Shown one piece after another: positions 54,366 to 63,089 of a stretch of DNA of 64,000 nt. The stretch spans positions 10,600 to 74,599 of the forward strand of contig CAILJM010000039.1 of NCBI GenBank assembly GCA_903834515.1, given 5' to 3'. The translations under genes and the position numbers were made by a program. Source of the stretch: an uncultured Actinomycetes bacterium (GTDB lineage Bacteria; Actinomycetota; Actinomycetes; Nanopelagicales; Nanopelagicaceae). The first letter of the stretch is position 1. The number at the start of each line of letters is the position of its first letter. Under the pieces are notes generated by a model, which saw nothing but the letters and a program-made list of their open reading frames with translations, searched no databases and was not told the DNA's origin.

Positions 54366-56465
54366 CTAGTGTGAAATTGAGAAGCGCTTCATCCACTTAG
54401 GTGCCCACCAATTTCGCTCGCCGAAGAGCCTCATTAGGGCTGGCACAAGCAATCCTCGAACAACAGAAGCATCGAGGAGAACGGCGAAGGCAACTCCAAA
54501 GCCGAGCGTCTTGATATTCGTTACGCCGCTTGTCACAAAGGCTGCGAAGGCAATCGCAAGTAATAGTGCGGCAGCTGTAATGATTCGCGCAGAACGTTGT
54601 AGTCCGGTAGCCACCGCATCCTCGTTACCCATGCCCGACTCGTGCTCTTCCTTGATGCGAGAGAGCAAGAAGACTTCGTAGTCCATCGAAAGTCCAAAGG
54701 TCACAACGGAAACGAGGATGACCATCGAGGTATCGATCGTATGAGTATTTGTAAACGATCCGACGAGCCAAGTGAGGTGCCCCTGGATGAAGATCCAGGT
54801 AAGCGCACCCATCATTGCAGCAAGCGAAATGATATTGAGGATAACGGCTTTGATAGGCAGAATAATCGAACCCGTGAATAAGAAGAGAAGTATCAATACA
54901 CCGATTGCAATCCAACCGAGCGCCCACGGAAGTGTCTTAGCAATTCCATTTTGAGTATCAGAATAGTCAGCGGCAACACCACCAACGAGAGTTCCTGCTG
55001 GTGCCGGGATCGCACGAATCGTTGTAATCATCGCTTGAGCCTCATTTGTTCGAGGGCTCATGGAATGAACCGCGGAGAAGCGGACGTCAGTCCCAACAAT
55101 TTGCTCTGGATTTACACGAATGATGCCTTTGACTGCGCCAATCTTTGCCTCATAAGCCTTGATTTCAGAAGCGAGCGAAGCTCCATTCGGAATCACAAAT
55201 TCGACAGGATTACCTTCTTGGCCAGGGAAGTCATTGGATGCCATCTCATTTGCAATCGCTAGCGGAGACGTTGCAGGCATTACGCGAGCATCCGCTTGCG
55301 AGAAGACAATGTTGCGGATTGGTGAAGCAATGACCGTGAGCGCGGTGAGCGAGAGAACCACTACAGCGACTGGTCGGCGCATAACAAAGCGGGCTGTCTG
55401 AGCCCAGCGGCCATCAGCCTTTGGCGTAATAGCGCTCTTGCGCACGACGAACTTATCGATTCGAGGCCCGATAAGCGCGAGGATGGCAGGGAAGGGAACT
55501 AGCGCAGCGATTATTGCGGTCGCGACTACTGCCATGCCTGCATATCCAAATGATTTGAGGAACATGAGCGGGAAGAATGTAAGTGAGGCGAGAGTGATGA
55601 GGACGGTGATCCCTGAGTAGAAGACAGTCTTACCCGCAGTCTTTACCGTATTAACAATGGCACTCTCAACATCAGCGCCATGATGAAGTTCTTCTCTAAA
55701 GCGGTTCACCATCAATAGCGCATAATCAATCCCGAGGCCAAGCCCCATTCCGGTGATCAAATTGAGGGCGAAGATGCTCACGCCGGTAAAGAGTGATACG
55801 AGATAGATAATCGCTAAAGAGCCAATTATTGCGCTCACGCCAACGATTAACGGAGTTGCGCTGGCAATAAGACCGCCAAAGACGAAGAGCAAGAGTATAA
55901 AAATTAAGGGAACCGAAATTCCTTCCGCAAGAGCCAAGTCTTTTGAAATTTTATCCGAGAGTGCTGAGTTAAAGGCAGCGATACCGTTTACGTAGAGATG
56001 CAGATTCTTGTAAGTACCGTTGTATTTGCTTTCGATCAATTTGCCAAGGGGTTTTGCGTTGAGGGGATCGACCTCACTGGAATAGATGAAGAGGTATGCA
56101 GCTTTGTTATCTTTGCTGGCAAGGGTCGGTGCTCCACCTGCACTCCAATAAGAGAGTGTCTTCAGTACTCCTTTTTCGGAGGCTATCGCTCTTTCAAGTT
56201 CTGTCGCCGATGCAACGACTGCAGGATCGGTGATAGAGGTATCGGTCTTTACTTCGAGGATTACTGCAGGATCTTTCACGTGAAATGTATTGATGAGGTA
56301 GGTACGAGCTTTTGCAGAATCACTTCCGGGATCGGAGTACCCGCCACCTGAAAGTCTCGGAACTGCGAGTCCTGCCAGTGCGCCTAGCGCTATGAGCGAA
56401 ACGATAAATAGTGCCAGTACAGCCTTGCGACGATTGACAAGCGTGTGGCCGAGTTTCTCAAACAT
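54366..56465 (-). CDS. MMPL/RND-superfamily membrane transporter
   Basis: About 699 aa with a 12-TM, two-loop architecture. Motifs are GLGIDYALL and GLSMDYEVFLLSRI. I moved the start from the 56492 ORF start to ATG 56465, which follows GGAGAAGAG. Confidence 0.85.
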   Translation of the reverse strand: MFEKLGHTLVNRRKAVLALFIVSLIALGALAGLAVPRLSGGGYSDPGSDSAKARTYLINTFHVKDPAVILEVKTDTSITDPAVVASATELERAIASEKGVLKTLSYWSAGGAPTLASKDNKAAYLFIYSSEVDPLNAKPLGKLIESKYNGTYKNLHLYVNGIAAFNSALSDKISKDLALAEGISVPLIFILLLFVFGGLIASATPLIVGVSAIIGSLAIIYLVSLFTGVSIFALNLITGMGLGLGIDYALLMVNRFREELHHGADVESAIVNTVKTAGKTVFYSGITVLITLASLTFFPLMFLKSFGYAGMAVVATAIIAALVPFPAILALIGPRIDKFVVRKSAITPKADGRWAQTARFVMRRPVAVVVLSLTALTVIASPIRNIVFSQADARVMPATSPLAIANEMASNDFPGQEGNPVEFVIPNGASLASEIKAYEAKIGAVKGIIRVNPEQIVGTDVRFSAVHSMSPRTNEAQAMITTIRAIPAPAGTLVGGVAADYSDTQNGIAKTLPWALGWIAIGVLILLFLFTGSIILPIKAVILNIISLAAMMGALTWIFIQGHLTWLVGSFTNTHTIDTSMVILVSVVTFGLSMDYEVFLLSRIKEEHESGMGNEDAVATGLQRSARIITAAALLLAIAFAAFVTSGVTNIKTLGFGVAFAVLLDASVVRGLLVPALMRLFGERNWWAPKWMKRFSISH

Positions 56466-56550
56466 CTCTTCTCCTTGAGGGTATCTGAACAATATTCAGA
56501 TTATGGCGGGCTAATTTGAACACTGTCAAGTTTGCAGGCATACTATTCAT

Positions 56551-57189
56551 ATGTCGTTAACCAAAGTCGCGCCTCGGTCACGGGCAAAAGCGAAAGAGGG
56601 TTATCACCATGGGGATTTGGAGACAGCGCTCCTCGTTCACGCTAAGAAGTTGATCTCGCAGAATGGTGTCGAAAACCTCTCGTTGCGACAGGTGGCAGCA
56701 AAAGTTGGCGTGAGTCCATCGGCTGCATATCACCACTTTCCAGATAAAGATGCTCTGCTTCGAGCGGCGGCTAAATCGGCATTTGAAGATATGGCTGAGT
56801 TCCAAGTTGCCTCTCAACAAAATTTTAAAGGCACATCTGCGTTAGCAGCTCGAAAGAGATTTAGAGCGCTTGGGATTTCCTATGTGGGATTTGCGCAGAC
56901 CAATCCACACTTATTCCGATTATCGTTCGGCCCTTATTGCGGCGGCGATGAGATGGCTCGCGGGGAATCTCGACCATGGCAACTTCTTGTCGCCTCCCTT
57001 GACCAACTTATGGCTGCGGGGGAGATTCACCCAAAGATTCGTCCACATGCAGAAGTTTTAGTCTGGTCGGCAATCCATGGCGCGGCCACTCTTATTCTCG
57101 ACGAACTGCTACCCGAGGCTGCGTTAGAGTCGATTCTTGATGCAATTGAAATTTCGCTCAAGAGTTCGGGGAAGGTGGGCAATAAATGA
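56551..57189 (+). CDS. TetR-family transcriptional regulator
   Basis: 212 aa with the HTH LSLRQVAAKVGVSPSAAYHHF. It is divergent from the MMPL gene. Confidence 0.88.
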   Translation: MSLTKVAPRSRAKAKEGYHHGDLETALLVHAKKLISQNGVENLSLRQVAAKVGVSPSAAYHHFPDKDALLRAAAKSAFEDMAEFQVASQQNFKGTSALAARKRFRALGISYVGFAQTNPHLFRLSFGPYCGGDEMARGESRPWQLLVASLDQLMAAGEIHPKIRPHAEVLVWSAIHGAATLILDELLPEAALESILDAIEISLKSSGKVGNK

Positions 57190-57305
57190 GCAAGATCATC
57201 CCAAATAAGACTTCTGATGATGAAGTGAAAGATCCCTCAGAGATCGCAGCTGAGAGCGCGCGCGATGCTGAGATTCGTGGCGATAAGCCGCCGCACCACG
57301 GTTAG
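57186..57305 (+). CDS. candidate 39-aa small protein, translationally coupled to the TetR gene
   Basis: The peptide is MSKIIPNKTSDDEVKDPSEIAAESARDAEIRGDKPPHHG. Its ATG overlaps the TetR TGA (ATGA). It is below the size cut-off of the ORF track. Confidence 0.3.
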   Translation: MSKIIPNKTSDDEVKDPSEIAAESARDAEIRGDKPPHHG

Positions 57306-57353
57306 TGGTTCAAAACTTACCTATCAATTTCCTATGAACTTTAAAAGTAGGCC

Positions 57354-57593
57354 TTAGTCGACGATCGGCTTCGTTGCAGATTGTGGCGGATTGCTTGGTG
57401 TCGCGGTTGGAGCACTGGCACGTGAATCCGTCTTATAGAAGCCGGAACCCTTAAAAACAACCCCAACATTGTTATAGACCTTCCGCACCTCTCCCTTGCA
57501 CTGAGGGCATATTGAGATAGCCTCATCGGAGAAGGATTGGACTACTTCGAACTCGTGTCCGCACGCCGTGCAGGCATATTCATAGGTAGGCAT
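57354..57593 (-). CDS. FmdB-family zinc-ribbon protein
   Basis: 79 aa. MPTYEYACTACGHEFEV...CPQCKG is the CxxC...CxxC FmdB signature. Confidence 0.88.
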   Translation of the reverse strand: MPTYEYACTACGHEFEVVQSFSDEAISICPQCKGEVRKVYNNVGVVFKGSGFYKTDSRASAPTATPSNPPQSATKPIVD

Positions 57594-57686
57594 GTCCCAG
57601 AGTCTAAAGTGGTGAGAGAATTACTTCTAATCGAGGGTCAATCCCTCGTAAAGTCGATGCAAAACTGGCAGAAAGAGGGAGTCACA

Positions 57687-58289
57687 GTGAAGACGGTAGG
57701 ACGCATCCTTCTTGGGCTCCTCGCAGGTGGGCTGATCCTGACCCCACTTTCGGCTTCGGCTAATACCCTCACCGATAGTTCGCCATCCGCTGGCGCCGTG
57801 CTGGCAAGCGCGCCGAATGCGGTCTCAGTTACCGGCACCTCAACGCTTACTGATCAAGGTACAACGCTCTCGGTCACCGATCCGACTGGATTACAAGTCG
57901 ATGATGGATCACTGACTATTAATGACACGACCGCTGTCATCGGATTAAAGCCACTTACTGCAGCCGGTGTGTACACGGTTTCTTACACGCTTGTTTCAGA
58001 TACAGATATTCCACTCTCAGGTTCGTACACATTTCTTTTCAATGCTCCTGCATCCATCTCTTCACCATCATCATCAGCGACTCAGAGCACGGCTGCGCCA
58101 TCGCCAAACAAGGTGACCCACACGGCAGATATCTTTGTCATTTTATTAATGGTCCTCGCCGTCTTTGTTGCCATTTTCCTCCTTTGGTATGCACGGATGA
58201 TCATTCGAGAGACCAAGGATTCAAAGCGTAGAAAGCGCGCGAAGAGAACTCCTCGTCCAGTTCGGACACCTGGCCCAGATAAGGATTGA
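57687..58289 (+). CDS. copC: CopC-domain copper-resistance protein with a C-terminal TM anchor
   Basis: It has a signal peptide and then L..S.P..GAVL...P..V......L in a CopC-like beta-sandwich. A Ser-rich linker, a TM helix and a basic tail follow. I chose the start at GTG 57687, which follows AGAGGGAG. The ORF track begins at 57537 but would then overlap fmdB. Confidence 0.7.
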   Translation: MKTVGRILLGLLAGGLILTPLSASANTLTDSSPSAGAVLASAPNAVSVTGTSTLTDQGTTLSVTDPTGLQVDDGSLTINDTTAVIGLKPLTAAGVYTVSYTLVSDTDIPLSGSYTFLFNAPASISSPSSSATQSTAAPSPNKVTHTADIFVILLMVLAVFVAIFLLWYARMIIRETKDSKRRKRAKRTPRPVRTPGPDKD

Positions 58290-58292
58290 TGC

Positions 58293-60182
58293 GTGAGATT
58301 TTTCGCCGAAGTTCATACCTTTTCGAGTAACACCTTAGTCACCACTCTTCTCACCATCACTAAGTCCTTCTACTTCATCTCTGCCCTGACTGCCTTCGGA
58401 TTGATATTTGCGATCGCTTTCTTCATTCGCGAAGAGCGCGGAGTTCTCACTTCAGAGGCGCTGCGCGTGAAGAAATTAGGACATCTTGCAACTTTTGTCA
58501 CACTCGTCACGGTTCTTGGCGGTGTTTTTACAGAGCTAGCAAATCTCTTGGGTGGCTCCCTCTTAGATGCCTTTGATTCGACAACGATTAAATCTTTTCT
58601 CTCGCAAACGACGATCGGTCGCGATTACTTATTTCAATTTATTACCGGGTTTGCCGTCATCGTCATTCTCCAACGAGCAAAGAAGATTGGCGCAATGTAT
58701 TGGGCGCTCGCGCTATCGCTCATTGGATTATTAGCCCCTGTTTTCCAAAGTCATGCGAGTGGTGCGACCAATCACGGCACTGCGATTGGATCATTGCTCT
58801 TTCACGTTCTCTTCATTTCAATCTGGGTGGGTGGGGTGATCGGGCTCATTGCGATCTCTCCCGAAGAGCGAACGGCTTCGATCGAACGGTTCAGCGCCGT
58901 GGCTCTTTGGTCGGCGATCATCGTCGCTGGGAGCGGAGTTGTGAACGCGTGGAGCAGGCTTGATTCTCTCTCTGCATGGGCGTCTCTCTACGGCTTGCTG
59001 GTGGGGTTGAAGGTTCTGCTCATGTTCATCCTTATCGGTTTTGGTGCACTACATCGCAAAAATATTAGTAGCCGAGGTGGCGATCGCAAGGCTTTTTCCT
59101 TGCTCATTAATGAAGTTGCGGTCATGGCTATTACCGTCGCGATAGGTGCTTGGCTTTCGACAACCCACCCACCAGTATCTGCCGCCGCAGAAAATTATGT
59201 GAACGATGCAGCGGTCAATGTCACAGGAATTACGATGCCGCTGCCACCGACACCTATGCGCGTACTTCAAGAGTATGTACCAGATGCAGCCTTCCTGGGA
59301 TTTCTTCTTCTTGCAACCGCGCTCTACATACGAGGCGTCGTTCTGCTCTCAAGGCGCGGCGATAAGTGGCCAGTTGGCCGAACAATTTCATTTGCTCTTG
59401 GCGTGGCCTTTGCAGATTTTGCAACGTCAGGCGGCGTAGGCGTCTATTCGCACTTTGCCTTTTCGTATCACATGATCTCGCACATGATTCTTGGCATGGT
59501 CGCACCGATTGGCTTTGTTCTGAGCGCTCCAATTACTTTAGCGCTACGAACTCTGCCCGCTGGTCGCACTGAAAAAGAGCGCGGGCTGCGCGGTCAGCTC
59601 GTAACGATTATTCACTCCCGTTACTCCGTCATCATGACAAACCCGGTAACCGCTCTGGCAATCTTTGATGGTTCACTCTTCGCCCTCTATCTGACCCCAC
59701 TTTTCGGGACTCTCATGAGAAGTCATAGCGGGCACCTCTTGATGGATATTCATTTCATCTTGGCTGGATACCTCTTCTTCTATGTAATTATTGGTGTTGA
59801 TGTAAATCCACGAAAGATTCCCCATATCGTTCGCATCATCGTGCTCTTTGCCGCCATGAGTATTCATGCCTTCTTCTCCATCACATTACTTTCAACATCG
59901 TCACTCGTTGATAACGGCTACTTCGCATCTCTTCACCGCCCTTGGAGCCTCAACCTTTTGACCGATCAGCACACCGGTGGCGCCATAGGTTGGGCGATGG
60001 GTGAAGTACCCATCTTGCTTGCCATTGTCGCAACTTTTTTGCAGTGGATTCGTGATGACTCAAAGGAAGCGAAACGAATTGATAGGGCAGCTGCGCGGGC
60101 AGATGCAATGGGTGAGGATGACGATCTTGCGAAGTACAACCGCTACTTACAAGAGCTAAACGCGCGCGAACCTCGCGATTAA
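58293..60182 (+). CDS. CopD-family membrane protein fused to a CtaG/caa3-assembly-like domain
   Basis: 629 aa and polytopic. The N-terminal half resembles CopD. The C-terminal half has the HMISHMILGMVAP and HAFFS motifs typical of cytochrome c oxidase assembly CtaG-like proteins. The copC-copD order supports the call. Confidence 0.7.
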   Translation: MRFFAEVHTFSSNTLVTTLLTITKSFYFISALTAFGLIFAIAFFIREERGVLTSEALRVKKLGHLATFVTLVTVLGGVFTELANLLGGSLLDAFDSTTIKSFLSQTTIGRDYLFQFITGFAVIVILQRAKKIGAMYWALALSLIGLLAPVFQSHASGATNHGTAIGSLLFHVLFISIWVGGVIGLIAISPEERTASIERFSAVALWSAIIVAGSGVVNAWSRLDSLSAWASLYGLLVGLKVLLMFILIGFGALHRKNISSRGGDRKAFSLLINEVAVMAITVAIGAWLSTTHPPVSAAAENYVNDAAVNVTGITMPLPPTPMRVLQEYVPDAAFLGFLLLATALYIRGVVLLSRRGDKWPVGRTISFALGVAFADFATSGGVGVYSHFAFSYHMISHMILGMVAPIGFVLSAPITLALRTLPAGRTEKERGLRGQLVTIIHSRYSVIMTNPVTALAIFDGSLFALYLTPLFGTLMRSHSGHLLMDIHFILAGYLFFYVIIGVDVNPRKIPHIVRIIVLFAAMSIHAFFSITLLSTSSLVDNGYFASLHRPWSLNLLTDQHTGGAIGWAMGEVPILLAIVATFLQWIRDDSKEAKRIDRAAARADAMGEDDDLAKYNRYLQELNAREPRD

Positions 60183-60722
60183 ATCCGGGGTAGCGGCAGC
60201 ATCGACTCTCTGGTCGTGTGGTTCGGCAGGGAGCGCCTCGCTAGTGAGTTCAGCATGATGAACGAGGGCTATCTTCCAACTATCGAGCCGTGCCAGAGCA
60301 CGGTCGTATGAGCCGCCCCCTTGGCCAAGTCGATTGCCAGAGCGGTCCACGCGTAGCGCAGGGACGATAACCACGTCGATCTGATCGAGTGGAGTAAAAG
60401 CGAAGCCGTGTGGCTCTTGAATCTTGCCGTGTGCAGCGAGGGAATTTTCGTTTCCATCCCAGAGCACCCACTCGAGATCATTATCGGGGAGTAGGCGAGG
60501 CAAGAGCAGGCGAACTCCTCGGCGCAGAATTTCGGAGTGTATGTCAGCTGTAGAAGGTTCATCCCCGTAGGAGTAATAACTCGCAATGACTTTTGCTTCC
60601 TGCAACTCCTTGCACTCAAGGATATGAAGCCAAGACTCTTCCATGAATCGATCTCGACGTTCAGTTCGATATTGGCGGCGCAGAAGTGATTTATCTGACG
60701 TGCTCTCATTCGCCTTGCGCAT
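60156..60722 (-). CDS. 5-formyltetrahydrofolate cyclo-ligase
   Basis: 188 aa with RLGQGGGSYDR (the G-x-GGG-YYDR motif) and LPRL. It overlaps the copD 3' end convergently by 27 nt. Confidence 0.85.
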   Translation of the reverse strand: MRKANESTSDKSLLRRQYRTERRDRFMEESWLHILECKELQEAKVIASYYSYGDEPSTADIHSEILRRGVRLLLPRLLPDNDLEWVLWDGNENSLAAHGKIQEPHGFAFTPLDQIDVVIVPALRVDRSGNRLGQGGGSYDRALARLDSWKIALVHHAELTSEALPAEPHDQRVDAAATPDLIARFARV

Positions 60723-60765
60723 GGCAATACCTTAGTAGAGAGCCTATGCAAAGTAGGGTTGAACC

Positions 60766-61680
60766 ATGGATCGCGACATCGCAGTTAAAGAGTTCTCTGC
60801 TGCATTACTGGAGATCGCGACCCCTTTGGCGGCTTTTGATATGCCGTTGCTCGATGCGCATGGCGCAACTCTGGCCGAAGATATTTTCGCAGGGCAGCGG
60901 TTGGTTCTGCGAGCCGGGTCACGGATACGTTCAACGCAGATTGGCTTAGCTGCATCGATTGGTTTAAATCGCTTACCAACCCGACCACATCCTCGCGTCG
61001 TTGTTATTTCCGCAGGGGATGATCTTGTCGAACCTGGCCAACGACTTCGCGACCAAGAAGATGAGTTTGAGACCAATTCATGGATGCTGACAACTGCAGT
61101 TAAAGAGGCTGGGGCGATGGGTTATCGGGTACACACCATCCCCGAGAACGCAGAGCAATTGAGACTCGTTATTGAAGATCAATTGGTTCGAGCAGATCTC
61201 ATTGTTATCAGCGGTGAAAGCCATGACGAATCCTTTGATTTAATCACCTCGACCTTGCAAGGCCTGGGGGAAGTTGAGAGTGTTATCCCACGCCTCACCG
61301 AGGCTGGACGGCACAATTTCGGCACAATCGGACCGGATAAGACTCCGGTAATTACTTTGCCCGGTGATCCCATCGCTGCATATATCTCGGCTGAACTTTT
61401 TGTCAGACCTATGATCAGAACAATGCTCGGCGCCACCAATATTCATCGAAGCGTGGTTCAGGCCCGCTTAACAAAATCTGTCGAATCTGCCGTCGGGTAT
61501 ACATCGCTTATCCGCGCATCAATTACCTCGGATAAGGAACTTTTTGTGACTCCTCTCGCCGATCAGGATCTGCTCTCAACGCTCTCGGACGCACAGGGTT
61601 TGATTGCGATTCCAGCCGATGATCTGGGCGCTCAAGTCGGCGACCTCGTCGAAGTCATGGTCTTGGAGCGAAATCAATAA
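60766..61680 (+). CDS. glp: MoeA/gephyrin-like protein (divisome Glp-like), shortened
   Basis: 304 aa. The MoCF-type core is VVVISAGDDLVEPG...ETNSWML...DLIVISGES, plus a MoeA C-terminal domain. It sits between 5-FCL and rimJ like M. tuberculosis moeA1 (Rv0994). About 100 aa of the N-terminal region are missing. Confidence 0.65.
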   Translation: MDRDIAVKEFSAALLEIATPLAAFDMPLLDAHGATLAEDIFAGQRLVLRAGSRIRSTQIGLAASIGLNRLPTRPHPRVVVISAGDDLVEPGQRLRDQEDEFETNSWMLTTAVKEAGAMGYRVHTIPENAEQLRLVIEDQLVRADLIVISGESHDESFDLITSTLQGLGEVESVIPRLTEAGRHNFGTIGPDKTPVITLPGDPIAAYISAELFVRPMIRTMLGATNIHRSVVQARLTKSVESAVGYTSLIRASITSDKELFVTPLADQDLLSTLSDAQGLIAIPADDLGAQVGDLVEVMVLERNQ

Positions 61681-62255
61681 TGTCGCCGGTTATTCGATCG
61701 ACGACAAAGGACTCCGAAATCACGCTCCGACCACTGAGGTTGCGGGATCGATCAGCGTGGGGTGAAGTTCGCAGGAATAACCAGGAGTGGTTATCGCGTT
61801 GGGAGGCCACCCGACCCGAAATTGATGGCGATGGGCCGCTTCCGTCTTATTGGCAGATGATTCGACAGTCCCGGCGAGAGTCGAAGGCGTTACGAACGCT
61901 CTCCTTTGGAATCTGGATCAAAGAGGATGGACGGCAACGCTTTGTTGGGCAGATAACCCTTGCCGGCATTGTCTTTGGCGCCTATCGCGGTGGATATATT
62001 GGATATTGGATCGATAAGCGAGTTGCCAATCGCGGCATCATTACCCAATCAGTCATAGCCCTCACCGAATATGGTTTTAAAAAACTCTCACTCCATCGCA
62101 TTGAGATCAATATGCGCCCCGAGAATCTGCCCTCGCAGCGGGTTGCCGAAAAGGCGGGCTATCACTTTGAGGGTTTACGTCCACGGTATATACATATCGA
62201 TGGGGACTGGCGCGACCACCTAGTTTTCGTAAGAGAAAACCCACTCATTCGGTAA
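61680..62255 (+). CDS. rimJ: GNAT N-acetyltransferase, RimJ-like
   Basis: 191 aa with LRPLRLRD, the GNAT core GYWID....NRGI and HRIEINMRPEN..S..VAEK.GY..EG. There is a 1-nt overlap with glp. Confidence 0.8.
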   Translation: MSPVIRSTTKDSEITLRPLRLRDRSAWGEVRRNNQEWLSRWEATRPEIDGDGPLPSYWQMIRQSRRESKALRTLSFGIWIKEDGRQRFVGQITLAGIVFGAYRGGYIGYWIDKRVANRGIITQSVIALTEYGFKKLSLHRIEINMRPENLPSQRVAEKAGYHFEGLRPRYIHIDGDWRDHLVFVRENPLIR

Positions 62256-62332
62256 AAGGCAAAATAGGACACATCGTTACAAGTGCCTTAAATCCGTCAT
62301 AAATGGTGCTCGGACAATTACGATTTCATTCC

Positions 62333-63079
62333 ATGGCGTCCAGCATTATCTACCTCATCATCTTGGTGATGTGGGGCGCGTATTTTCTCCCTCGTTGGAT
62401 TCATCGTCACGAAGAGTCTTCGCCCAAAGCTGGAGATCGCTACAAGAACGCAATCCGTGCAGTTTCAGAGGCAAATACTCACGCCTCCTTTGCACCTGAG
62501 TTCATGGACCCAGCCCATAAGCGGAAATTACTTTCACAGCGTCGTACGATTTTTTCAGGTTTAGCGTTTCTATTTATCGCAAGCGCGGTATCAGCTTCTG
62601 TTGGAATGATGGCGTGGTCTATCCTGGCTATCCCTGCATCTGGCTTTGCGATATTTATCGTCGCAGTTCGTAGACAGATTGTTACTGCAGAACTCAAAGC
62701 TCGTCGCCTTAATACCTTGCAGAAGATTATGACTGCAGAAATTAAACTTGATCCAAGTGTAAGAATTTCACTTCGCGAAAGCACAAGCGCCGCAGATCAT
62801 TGGATCCCTCTTGCTGATCGCGAAGATCCATCGGGCGTTGTTGTGATTCCTAAGGATCGCACTGGCTGGAGCCCAATCTCAGTCCCTAAGCCAACATATG
62901 CCACTGCACCGAAGGCGATCACGCCAAAGCGCGTTATTGATCTCACCGTTCCTGGTCAGTGGAGCGCAGAACAAGAGCTATTGAACCAACTCAAAGTTAC
63001 GCAGCGCGATGAGCTCTTCGATCAGACGCTACTTGAAGAAGCTGCATCTCCTCACGATCTCGGTTCAGAAGCTATTTAA
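62333..63079 (+). CDS. membrane protein, SepX/GlpR-like (assigned by position and topology)
   Basis: There is an N-terminal TM at the start (MASSIIYLIILVMWGAYFLPRW) and two more TM helices. The tail appears Pro- and charge-rich. It follows glp-rimJ as Rv0996 does in M. tuberculosis. The start was chosen at ATG 62333. Confidence 0.5.
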   Translation: MASSIIYLIILVMWGAYFLPRWIHRHEESSPKAGDRYKNAIRAVSEANTHASFAPEFMDPAHKRKLLSQRRTIFSGLAFLFIASAVSASVGMMAWSILAIPASGFAIFIVAVRRQIVTAELKARRLNTLQKIMTAEIKLDPSVRISLRESTSAADHWIPLADREDPSGVVVIPKDRTGWSPISVPKPTYATAPKAITPKRVIDLTVPGQWSAEQELLNQLKVTQRDELFDQTLLEEAASPHDLGSEAI

Positions 63080-63089
63080 TCGCTTTTCT

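Noticed and set aside
60269-60751. A 160-aa minus-strand ORF overlapping the 5-formyl-THF cyclo-ligase gene in another frame.
   Set aside because: The 188-aa frame carries the diagnostic GQGGGSYDR motif. The alternative frame has none.
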